A stretch of DNA of 54,838 nucleotides. Source: Candidatus Woesearchaeota archaeon (GTDB lineage: Archaea; Nanobdellota; Nanobdellia; SCGC-AAA011-G17; JACPNG01). Positions 1-8,184 of the stretch are shown here, piece after piece; position 1 is the stretch's first letter, and the number at the start of each line of letters is the position of its first letter. Below the pieces are notes generated by a model. The model was not told where the DNA came from. It searched no databases and worked only from the letters and a program-made list of their open reading frames with translations. A program made the translations under genes and the position numbers. The stretch is taken from NCBI GenBank assembly GCA_018303365.1, contig JAGVYI010000021.1:1-54838 (forward strand), written 5' to 3'.

Positions 1-62
1 ATTGTCTTACTATGTAATATTTTATATTTCAATATTTTGGGCTCCTTTCAAACTATGTGAGA

Positions 63-590
63 TTAATATGACCAGAAAACATTCTTTATTATCTTTCCAT
101 AGACGTTTAACCCATCTGTTGTAACAGTCTTGATTTGATTATCCGTTTTCTCTTTTATTAGTTTCATAACTTGCTTTATCTCTCTCCCATTTCTTGTTTT
201 TGCATAATTTGACGCAACCATAAACCTTGTTTCTGTGTCTATACTGTCAATAAACCAATTCTTGTCCGTTCCTCTTTTCGCCTCATAGCTCTTTCTTCTA
301 TGATATTCTACTTCATCCACTTGGACTTCAGAACCTACCTTTAATTTTAAAACACCTGTAAATTTGCTTATATTTTCTGCATATTTTATGACCCACTTAT
401 ATATTGAGACATTGCTTACATTATGGGGATAAAACGCTTGTAAATGCTCTTGCACCTTTCTCGTTGAAATCCCTCTATAAAACAAGTCCAAACAGCGCGT
501 GATCTTTTGAGGGCTATTTCTCATCCTATAAAATCCATCATCAACAACAAAGCGTTTTTTGCACTCCCTACAGAGGTACCTCTGTAGCAT
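63..590 (-). pseudogene. IS6-family-like DDE transposase, C-terminally truncated
   Basis: N-terminal CxxC (CRECKKRF). First catalytic D in QVDEVEY and second D in TTDGLNVY. ORF stops ~15 aa after the second D, so the catalytic E region is missing. Confidence 0.6.
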
Positions 591-636
591 TCCCCTGTTT
601 TTGGTGATTCTAAAACCTCGCTTAACAAGGTTGCTA

Positions 637-657
637 CCTTTGCAATATCAACAAGTT
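637..657 (-). repeat. putative IS terminal inverted repeat (TTGCAAAG core)
   Basis: Minus strand reads CTTGTTGATATTGCAAAGG about 50-65 nt upstream of the transposase ATG. It resembles IS6-family IR cores (..TGTTGCAAAG..), recalled from memory; no second copy in the window. Confidence 0.3.
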
Positions 658-697
658 ATTTTCTGTTCCATTTTTGACCTTGATTTCCTCTGAATTT

Positions 698-805
698 CAT
701 TCATTATAATGAATGTGGTAGTATATATACTTATTCATTATAATGAATGGTAGTTATTCATCAAAAAGAATAGTAACATTTAAATAGTCGTTCATTATAC
801 TGAAT
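698..805. promoter_or_regulatory. three copies of a palindromic ATTCATTATAATGAAT motif flanking a TATA box (TTTAAATA, 779..786)
   Basis: Perfect 18-bp palindrome CATTCATTATAATGAATG at 698..715. ATTCATTATAATGAAT at 733..748. Degenerate GTTCATTATACTGAAT at 790..805, between the TATA box and the ATG at 811. Confidence 0.6.
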
Positions 806-810
806 AGACT

Positions 811-2289
811 ATGGAATGGAAGGACTATCTTCAAGAAAGGATTAACGCCGCACCAAGCCTAATCAAAGAACATCTAAGAAATGTGAAATTTGAAAGAGCG
901 ATTATTTTACGTATGACTCGCTTCGCAAACTCTTTTTTAGAAGGGGGGGGTGGCGAAGTACGTATAATGATTTTGTACGGTCTAAGAGGAATCGGAAAAT
1001 CCACGATTCTTTTTCAGTTCTATAAGCGACTGCGAACAGGAAATTTCCTCAACACTCCTGATTCTACAAAAGAAGTCCCTCAGGAAAACATACTTTATAT
1101 GTCCATAGATCAAACCTTGCTGACAACGCAATCAAAATCAGAAAGCCCGATATATGATGCGGTCAAAAACTTTTGCGAGGCAATACATAATCAAACATTA
1201 GAATCCTTAAATAAAAAACTTTTCATCTTAGTTGATGAAGCACAATTTGATAAACGATGGGCCATAGCCGCAAAATCTCTATTCGACGCATCAAAAAATA
1301 TTTTTATTGTAATAACAGGTTCGTCCGCTTTAGCTCTTAACATAGACACAGATATGGCACGAAGGTCTATTAAAGAGCCACTCTTTCCTCTTAGCTTCAT
1401 GGAATATCAAATGATAAAAAATTGGATATTCCCTCCAAAAGGAACTGCGGAAAATATGAAAAATTTAGTATTGAATAACGACAAGTCTGCGATTGCAGAT
1501 TTAAACTTAGCTATTAAAAAAATCAAAGAAGACATGAATAAAAAAGGGTTGAATATTGAAAAGGAATTGAATGAATATATTGCTATTGGCGGTTTTCCCT
1601 ACGGCATGCTTACTTCAAAAGATATTTCTTATAGAAGAATTGTTGACATGATAAACCGCATTGTTGCACAAGACATGCCTGAAATCTCAAATTTCGAAAC
1701 CAACAGCATTCCCGATATAATGAGAATTATTGGTGCAATTGCTTTAAAACCCTCTGGTGAATTATCCCAAACAAAATTATCCCAAAACTTAGGAATTCCT
1801 TCTGCCAAAGTAAACACAATCATAGCCACTTTAGAAAAAACACATTTGATACTTACAGTAAAGCCTTACCTTGAAAGAGCGGGAGGGGGAGGATTCAGCA
1901 AAGGGCATAAATATTATTTTATGTCACCTACGCTTCTAAGTGCAATTAAACATATGAATGGAGTTACTACAATTTCTCCAGAGCACAAAGGTTTATTTTG
2001 GGAAAATGCTGTCGCTTCAACTTTGTTCAAATTATGCTATACAACAGGAACAATTAATACGTTATTTTATGATCCAAGAAAAGAAACCAATGCCGATTTC
2101 TTGTTGCAAAATCCTCTTTCAGGTAGAATCATACCTATTGAAGTTGGATTAAACAAAGATAATAAACAAATAAGCAACGCAATAGATTATTATAAAACGG
2201 GACATGGTATTTTAGTTTCTGATTTTGAAGAGATAGGAATAGACGGAAAGGTTATCAAAATTCCTTTTTGGCTATTTTTTTATTTATAA
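811..2289 (+). CDS. AAA+ ATPase of the COG1373 type (AAA_14 plus DUF4143-like C-terminus)
   Basis: Walker A in LYGLRGIGKST, Walker B in FILVDEAQ, and the ~490-aa length typical of this archaeal ATPase family. Confidence 0.75.
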   Translation: MEWKDYLQERINAAPSLIKEHLRNVKFERAIILRMTRFANSFLEGGGGEVRIMILYGLRGIGKSTILFQFYKRLRTGNFLNTPDSTKEVPQENILYMSIDQTLLTTQSKSESPIYDAVKNFCEAIHNQTLESLNKKLFILVDEAQFDKRWAIAAKSLFDASKNIFIVITGSSALALNIDTDMARRSIKEPLFPLSFMEYQMIKNWIFPPKGTAENMKNLVLNNDKSAIADLNLAIKKIKEDMNKKGLNIEKELNEYIAIGGFPYGMLTSKDISYRRIVDMINRIVAQDMPEISNFETNSIPDIMRIIGAIALKPSGELSQTKLSQNLGIPSAKVNTIIATLEKTHLILTVKPYLERAGGGGFSKGHKYYFMSPTLLSAIKHMNGVTTISPEHKGLFWENAVASTLFKLCYTTGTINTLFYDPRKETNADFLLQNPLSGRIIPIEVGLNKDNKQISNAIDYYKTGHGILVSDFEEIGIDGKVIKIPFWLFFYL

Positions 2290-2370
2290 TAAATGAGGCA
2301 AGGAAAATAATTACTAATCTTGAGTAAATAAAGTCCCTTTAACTTAACAATGTAGTGTCAATAATTGCCC

Positions 2371-2631
2371 TCATTTTTTCCGGGTCTGTTTGATTGCTTC
2401 TTCTGCATCAGACTCTTTTATCCCCCTTTCTTTAGCAAAATCTCTTGTTTTTTTGAGTAACTTATCAATCCCGTTAAAAGAGGGCATTTCTAACTTTCTC
2501 AATACAATTGTATTATCTTCTCCAATGACAACAAACTTTTCTCCGGCGTGAATCTTCATTCTATCTCTTAACCTTTGAGGGATAACTATCTGTCCTCTTG
2601 AACTTACGCTTGTTATTTCAACATTTTTCAT
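2371..2631 (-). CDS. AbrB/SpoVT/MazE-fold DNA-binding protein (antitoxin-like)
   Basis: SSRGQIVIPQRLRDRMKIHAGEKFVV matches the swapped-hairpin AbrB motif. GGAGGT sits 5 nt upstream of the ATG. Confidence 0.7.
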   Translation of the reverse strand: MKNVEITSVSSRGQIVIPQRLRDRMKIHAGEKFVVIGEDNTIVLRKLEMPSFNGIDKLLKKTRDFAKERGIKESDAEEAIKQTRKK

Positions 2632-2649
2632 TTTAACCTCCTGATAAGT

Positions 2650-2931
2650 TTATACGACTGGTAAGATTATCTTATTTATAACCCTTTCGTTTTGTATTTT
2701 TTTAGAAAAAAAGCAAAAAAGCGTGCGTCTTTCTAATACCTTGCCCACACCAAAGGATATTATTTCAAAATAATGAAAATCGGCGTCTGAATTACAAATA
2801 AATAGAATACGATTTGCATATTTTATATGGTGTGTGGGTTTGATTTCTTTGAAGTGGTATAATTGGATTCCTATTGTTATGACTTTTAAATTACCGGCTC
2901 TATGAACGCCTGTGTAAATCTTTTTAAGCAT
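2650..2931 (-). CDS. hypothetical protein (doubtful ORF)
   Basis: 93-aa ORF upstream of the AbrB-like gene. No recognisable motif and a weak coding appearance. Confidence 0.2.
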   Translation of the reverse strand: MLKKIYTGVHRAGNLKVITIGIQLYHFKEIKPTHHIKYANRILFICNSDADFHYFEIISFGVGKVLERRTLFCFFSKKIQNERVINKIILPVV

Positions 2932-3188
2932 GTTTTTATCCTTTCTTTTGATGCGACTTTTGGTTTATGTACTCTTTTTTCTGTTTTTTCAATCTGTTAA
3001 ACCCATCTGGAGTGTAGTATAAGAAATCTATTGGATAATCTTATGTCCTAGCCTGTAAACTTAATTAATGATAAGGCCCACAAATCGGAATGTTTATATA
3101 TATATAATTAGATTATATGCATCTATGATGGTATGGATGGAAGCAAACTTATTGTTCTTGCAGCTTTTATTCTTACTTGGAGGTTCAA

Positions 3189-3407
3189 ATGGAAGTATTT
3201 GAAGCAATTCCAAAGCAATGGGGGAATTCATTAGGAGTTACTATACCCAGCGAGATAATCAAGAAAGAGCATATATCTTCAAAAAAGAAAGTAAGATTCT
3301 TGGTTGTTGGTGCAGAGATGGTCAATCTAAAAAAAGCCTTTGGTACCATGAAGCTCAAGAAGCCAACACAAAAGGCAATGGCCGAGATAGATGAAGGATA
3401 CGACTAA
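3189..3407 (+). CDS. vapB: VapB-type antitoxin (AbrB/MazE fold)
   Basis: WGNSLGVTIPSEI motif. ATG at 3189 is preceded by GGAGGT (the track start at 3177 is TTG). Overlaps the downstream PIN gene by 17 nt. Confidence 0.75.
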   Translation: MEVFEAIPKQWGNSLGVTIPSEIIKKEHISSKKKVRFLVVGAEMVNLKKAFGTMKLKKPTQKAMAEIDEGYD

Positions 3408-3774
3408 ACTAAAAGTCTTCTTGGCAGACACTTATGCGCTTATAGAACTGTTAGGAGGTAATCTAAACTATAAACCTTATTTAGATCATACTTTGATAAC
3501 CACCCAGTTTAATCTTATAGAGTTATACTATCATTTTCTCCATAATTACGGCAAGAAAACAGCCGATAAATACCTACATTTATATTCAAAATTCACGATT
3601 CCAATAACCTATAGCAGTATAAAAGATGCTATGGAATTCAAGTTAAAACATAAGGAAGAAAAACTTAGCTATGTGGACTGCGTTGGCTATGCCCTTGCTT
3701 TGGAACTTGGAATAAGGTTTTTAACAGGCGATGGGAAGTTTAAGAATAAACCTAACGTAGAGTTTGTTAAGTAA
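3391..3774 (+). CDS. vapC: PIN-domain toxin VapC
   Basis: Acidic PIN positions in FLADTYALIE, SYVDCVGY and LTGDGKF. ~127 aa, translationally coupled to the antitoxin. Confidence 0.8.
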   Translation: MKDTTKLKVFLADTYALIELLGGNLNYKPYLDHTLITTQFNLIELYYHFLHNYGKKTADKYLHLYSKFTIPITYSSIKDAMEFKLKHKEEKLSYVDCVGYALALELGIRFLTGDGKFKNKPNVEFVK

Positions 3775-3925
3775 TCTCTATGAACTAAAACGCGCACCTA
3801 TCATAAAATTAGGGTGTTTCTGGATACTAATAGTGAATACCCCACCTATTATTATGCGGGATTGTCCCATAAACTATAGGAGTATCCTTGTAAACCTTTT
3901 TAAGTATGTTTTTGTTTTTTCTTTT

Positions 3926-4906
3926 ATGCGTTTTTTCGTAGTACTTCTTTTCCTTATATTTCTTGTAGCGGTAGCATTTGCACAGCCTGCTCAGGAGCCT
4001 GAGCTTCGCCTTCGTTATCACTCAACCACGCAAAATGTTACTATTGACTTATCAGAGTATCTTCCTGGCGATGCTTTTGTTGTTGGGCCAACTACCCATG
4101 TTCGGGTTTTTCTAAACGGAAGCTTTGCTACGCTTGTCTCTGAAGAGGGTTGGAGGGGGGTTGAAGAGATTGTTTTTCGTGTCCATTCTTTAGAAGCGGT
4201 CCATCCTCAAGAGAGCATCATTGTTGAAAGCACTTCTCTTTCCTTTAAGCCGCCACGCCTTTTTTCTGAGGATATGTTTGGTGCTGACCTTTCTGAAATC
4301 CTTCTTTCTTCTTACAGGCGCATTCCCCTTGAGGGTGTAGCAAGCGGTATTTATGAAGACAATTTGTTTGTTGTTCTTAATAATAACACCCAACTTTTAC
4401 TTCCTCTGTTTCAGGCTTCCCCTTCAGCAACGCTCAATATTTCACTTGGCAGTGGCCGGCGCCCTGTTGTTATTTCCCCCTCTTTTGACATTAGGTATTT
4501 TTTCTTTCTTCCCCTAATTGTCCTTAGTTTTGTTGCTGCCTTATTTTTGCTTAACCCATTTGTTTTCCGCCGCCTTCCAGTATCTTTCGAGGTCCAAGCC
4601 GCACGCGCAGAGTTTCTTGCTGACTTAACCTCGCTTTTGCGACGTCGCGGTATTTCTGAGCGCACTGCACACCCATTTCTATCCAAAGGATTTTCTCTTT
4701 TTTTTGGAGTCAACTCCAGATCAAGCTCTCTTGAACTTTTAGAAATTCTACGGCGCCAGGGTGTTGGCGGCGACCTTCGCCAGCGCATTATCTTTATGTT
4801 TGAGCATTCCTTGCGTTCACAGCGTCTTCCGGGAAGTCCAAAGGAGAATCTTGTTGAACTTTCAGAAATTCTTCGCCATGTTTATGCACTATCACATCCT
4901 GGATAA
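3926..4906 (+). CDS. orphan secreted/membrane protein (signal peptide, ~190-aa ectodomain, TM, Arg/Ser/Leu-rich cytoplasmic tail)
   Basis: Internal ATG at 3926 gives MRFFVVLLFLIFLVAVAFAQP, a Sec signal ending AFA-Q. TM at YFFFLPLIVLSFVAALFLL. No family recognised. Confidence 0.6.
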   Translation: MRFFVVLLFLIFLVAVAFAQPAQEPELRLRYHSTTQNVTIDLSEYLPGDAFVVGPTTHVRVFLNGSFATLVSEEGWRGVEEIVFRVHSLEAVHPQESIIVESTSLSFKPPRLFSEDMFGADLSEILLSSYRRIPLEGVASGIYEDNLFVVLNNNTQLLLPLFQASPSATLNISLGSGRRPVVISPSFDIRYFFFLPLIVLSFVAALFLLNPFVFRRLPVSFEVQAARAEFLADLTSLLRRRGISERTAHPFLSKGFSLFFGVNSRSSSLELLEILRRQGVGGDLRQRIIFMFEHSLRSQRLPGSPKENLVELSEILRHVYALSHPG

Positions 4907-4997
4907 TAAGATTAACTACCGCTTTATATTGTTATATTTAACCATATGGTTTATAATAGAAAATTTAAATAAAAGTGTACAGAATCAACGCTTGGAG

Positions 4998-5476
4998 ATG
5001 ATAGAAACAGCAGATGAAAAGAAGGCAAATATAAGTTCGCAATAAAGGAAGTTTGTGAGATTTCTAAGAATGAGGAGAGAATATTAGAACTTGTAAAAAA
5101 AGCCAAAGAAATAGTTTTCAGAGAGGGTAAGGTATTACCTAGAGAGTTATCAAGGTATTAAATATATCTAAACAGAGGATTGCCAAGCTAAGATTGTAGA
5201 TTCTGAAACCAATGTAAGGTTATACTTTATGTGGAGGATTAATTCAAAACAGCTCTTGTTGATACCGGAATTCTTGATGTAAAACTTTTCGAAATTTACA
5301 AAGAGATGGTTGTAAAAGCAGATGAATTCTTGGAAATATTCAAAGAGGAAAAATGGAAAAGGGGAAACTTCACTTACAAAACAATCCTTCAAGCAAACAA
5401 AGAGCCAGCTGAAGATTCTTTAAATAACGCAAAAATCTTCCTTTCAAACATCTCTAAAGTTATAAAGAAGAATTAA
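4998..5476 (+). pseudogene. decayed gene remnant (several short purine-rich reading-frame pieces)
   Basis: Pieces are MIETADEKKANISSQ*, KEVCEISKNEERILELVKKAKEIVFREGKVLPRELSRY*, and a 77-codon stop-free stretch at 5243..5476 (FKTALVDTGILDVKLFEIYKEM...NAKIFLSNISKVIKKN*). They lie in different frames. Confidence 0.3.
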
Positions 5477-5670
5477 ATACATGAAAGCAGGATTTAGCAG
5501 CATCAAAGGAAGATTTTGGGTAAGTGTAAGTTCTAAAAAAGCAAAGACCATTGGGCAGGGCTATATGGGCGACTGCCCACCCATAATCTATTCAGTTATT
5601 TCAAAAGAGATTTAGGACAGAGCTATTAACTACAAAAACTTTTTATAGCCCTATTTGTTTTATCTATTTC

Positions 5671-8184
5671 ATGCGTCTTGGGCTGATTGTCACTTTTTTA
5701 TTTCTTATTCCCTTAGCTTATGCCCAAAGTGTTGATATTGCTGGTCAAGAGGTCCCGTTTGTTCTTTTGGTTCCTCTTGGGTTTATTCTGCTCGGCATCT
5801 TTTTTTTCCTTGTTATCTTCCTGAAAGACCACCTTAAGTCTCTTCGGACTTTTCTTTCCTTCTTAAAACCAACTTTGCCAAGGCGTTCTTCGCATAGGTC
5901 ATCACAACCACTTTCCAAGGATTATGCCCAGGAGCTTCACCTTTTTTCAAAGAGGGCTTCTAGTCTTCCTTTAGAGAATGCTTTCTCACAGCTTCACGGT
6001 CTTTTTCGAGATTACCTTATTGAGAGATACCATTTTTCTCCAGGCACAACCAATGAAGAGATTGCTATGAAAGTATCTGACCGCAAGATTGTGGCGCTTC
6101 TTCAGTCCCTTTCTGAAATACAATACAGTGGCAGTTCGCTTTCCTCGGCAAAGTTCTCTTCTTTTCTTTCCTCATTTCACAAAATTATTAATCGCCACAT
6201 AGATGTGAAGCCGAAGTCTATTTTCTCTTTTCGCTCTAAACCAAAGTCTTTTCCTTTGGCAGGCAAAAAGAAGTTTTCTGGTAAAACAATAAACCTTTCT
6301 TTTCTCTACTCTTTTTTTCCTAAAATCTTTTCCAAAATTCATATTCCCCGCATTTCTTTTTCTTTTCGTAGAAAAACCTCAAGGCAGCTTCCTAAAAACA
6401 TTTTGCAGAAGAAGTCTCCAGCAAAAGAACCTAAAAAAGCAAGCAGGCATATTCTTCGCTCCTTTTTCAGGATTCTTTATAACAACCGTATTCATCACCA
6501 TATAAAATCCTCGTTCAGGCTTCCTTTGCGCCGTAGGCATTCTATAAAAAAGCAAGGGCAGGTAGTATCACATAGAGTTACCTCTTCGGCTATTTCCCGT
6601 TCTTCTCGAGTTCCATCTTTCTCTTTGAAGAAGGGATTATTCTCCTCATTTAACTCTGCTATAAAATCCTGTACAGGGGTCGTGAAGAAGGGATTACATT
6701 TTTTTTCTAAGGGCTTTCTTAACTGTTATGCAATCCTGCCTTTTTCATATCATAAAATCCAGTCAGTTTATGCTGTTATACCAACTTTTTTCTACGCAAC
6801 CCATGCGCGTTATTTTTACTGGCGTGTATCATGGCTTATTGACAAAGGCTTCCGTGTTGCTCCTTCTTCCCCATCCAAGGCGAAGGAGATTTACTTTCGT
6901 GCGCTTGCATTTTATACAAAACTTACTGTCCCATCTTTAGACCCTTTAGGTGTTCGCTTACTTGAGCTTTATGATGCTGCAGAAGCTTCGCAGCTTTCAA
7001 AATCACAACAGCGCCTGAGTGTGCTTTCGCGTTACCTTGACCGCTTTGAGAAGGAGGCATATGTTCTTGGCTCTGCGCCGCCTGTTGTTCTTATTAAATG
7101 CCGCGAAGTTCTTGAACACCTTACCCTCAGCAGCTCTTTCCGGATTCATCAGATTCAGGACCATGTTCGCTCTCTTTCTAAACTTGTTCCTGATCTGTCT
7201 TTCAAGGGCATATCAGGGCACTTCTCCAATTTACCAAAACCATCTTCACACCTTTCGAAAGTTTCTTTTTCAAAGTTATTTGTGCACACTTTACGAAACA
7301 AACCCCAAAAGAAGAGACACCTTCGCTCTGTTTCAAAACCACACCACCTTTTTGAGCGCTTCTTCGCGCTTTCCCACTCATACGGCCTTCTATCCTCTGC
7401 ACTGCAATGGTCACGCTCTCGCTTATTTTTCAGGCATATTCCCCGCTATTTCGCTTCTTTTTCCATAAGGCGTCCAAGTTTATCCAAATTAAAACCTACT
7501 ATTCCTTCTTTTTCTTTCAGTAGGTTTCTTAACTCATACCGTGCATTTCTTCATAATGAAGAGAAGGCATTTTTGCGTCATTTAAAGCGCCTACAGGGTT
7601 CTATGCATTCTATCAAGCGTGATTCTTCCCACTCTTTTTCAGAATTTTTCTCCCACCTTGAGGGGCAATTAGTCCACAGACTTCATGGCGTTGAGCAAGG
7701 CATTTTATACCACCTTCATGCGCTTGAGCGTGAATTTTCACGTATTGAGCGAAAAGGAATTGACAGCCTTTCTTCCTTGCATCCTCTTGAGAAAAAAGTG
7801 GCTTTTAGAATTACATGGTCCAGCCTATCCTCTTCAGAGAAGCGGATTGCCCACCATCTTGGAGAACTTCTTCATCTTTCTTCGCAGCGAAAGCAGCCAT
7901 CTATAGAAGAACATAGCATTCCTTTTTCCTCTGAACCAATTGTTACCATTCATGAAGACCTTGCAGACCCTATCTTTTCAGTACTTACTGAGATTCATCG
8001 GGAGCGGCAAAGCACACTGTCGCATATGCCTTCTATTGCCCCTTTGCCCCGCAAGTTAGATAGCAAAACCTTTAGTGACGATTCTCACATAGTACAGCAG
8101 CCTTCTCTTTCCCGCCAACTTAAAGCCCTCACCAAAGAAGAAGAGGTCCTTTTCCAGAAACTTATCGAGCTTGACTCTTCTTAG
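5671..8184 (+). CDS. orphan 837-aa membrane-anchored, highly basic Ser/Leu/Phe/Arg/His-rich protein
   Basis: 2.5-kb uninterrupted ORF with no competing antisense ORF. N-terminus MRLGLIVTFLFLIPLAYAQS (signal), then TM FVLLVPLGFILLGIFFFLVIF. Low-complexity runs such as HHHIKSSFRLPLRRRHSIKK. Confidence 0.7.
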   Translation: MRLGLIVTFLFLIPLAYAQSVDIAGQEVPFVLLVPLGFILLGIFFFLVIFLKDHLKSLRTFLSFLKPTLPRRSSHRSSQPLSKDYAQELHLFSKRASSLPLENAFSQLHGLFRDYLIERYHFSPGTTNEEIAMKVSDRKIVALLQSLSEIQYSGSSLSSAKFSSFLSSFHKIINRHIDVKPKSIFSFRSKPKSFPLAGKKKFSGKTINLSFLYSFFPKIFSKIHIPRISFSFRRKTSRQLPKNILQKKSPAKEPKKASRHILRSFFRILYNNRIHHHIKSSFRLPLRRRHSIKKQGQVVSHRVTSSAISRSSRVPSFSLKKGLFSSFNSAIKSCTGVVKKGLHFFSKGFLNCYAILPFSYHKIQSVYAVIPTFFYATHARYFYWRVSWLIDKGFRVAPSSPSKAKEIYFRALAFYTKLTVPSLDPLGVRLLELYDAAEASQLSKSQQRLSVLSRYLDRFEKEAYVLGSAPPVVLIKCREVLEHLTLSSSFRIHQIQDHVRSLSKLVPDLSFKGISGHFSNLPKPSSHLSKVSFSKLFVHTLRNKPQKKRHLRSVSKPHHLFERFFALSHSYGLLSSALQWSRSRLFFRHIPRYFASFSIRRPSLSKLKPTIPSFSFSRFLNSYRAFLHNEEKAFLRHLKRLQGSMHSIKRDSSHSFSEFFSHLEGQLVHRLHGVEQGILYHLHALEREFSRIERKGIDSLSSLHPLEKKVAFRITWSSLSSSEKRIAHHLGELLHLSSQRKQPSIEEHSIPFSSEPIVTIHEDLADPIFSVLTEIHRERQSTLSHMPSIAPLPRKLDSKTFSDDSHIVQQPSLSRQLKALTKEEEVLFQKLIELDSS

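Noticed and set aside
2650-2931. The 93-aa ORF as the toxin partner of the AbrB-type protein at 2371..2631.
   Set aside because: No toxin motif was recognised. The gene order is atypical, the coding look is poor, and the AbrB gene has its own strong Shine-Dalgarno sequence. Kept only as a low-confidence ORF.
3764-3925. N-terminal 54 codons of the track ORF 3764..4906.
   Set aside because: It overlaps the vapC stop region and precedes a textbook signal peptide that begins at the ATG at 3926.
5552-5579. GC-rich hairpin TGGGCAG-14 nt-CTGCCCA in the AT-rich gap before the 837-aa gene.
   Set aside because: It is a single 7-bp stem with no T-tract and no second copy in the window. There is not enough to call an RNA gene or terminator.
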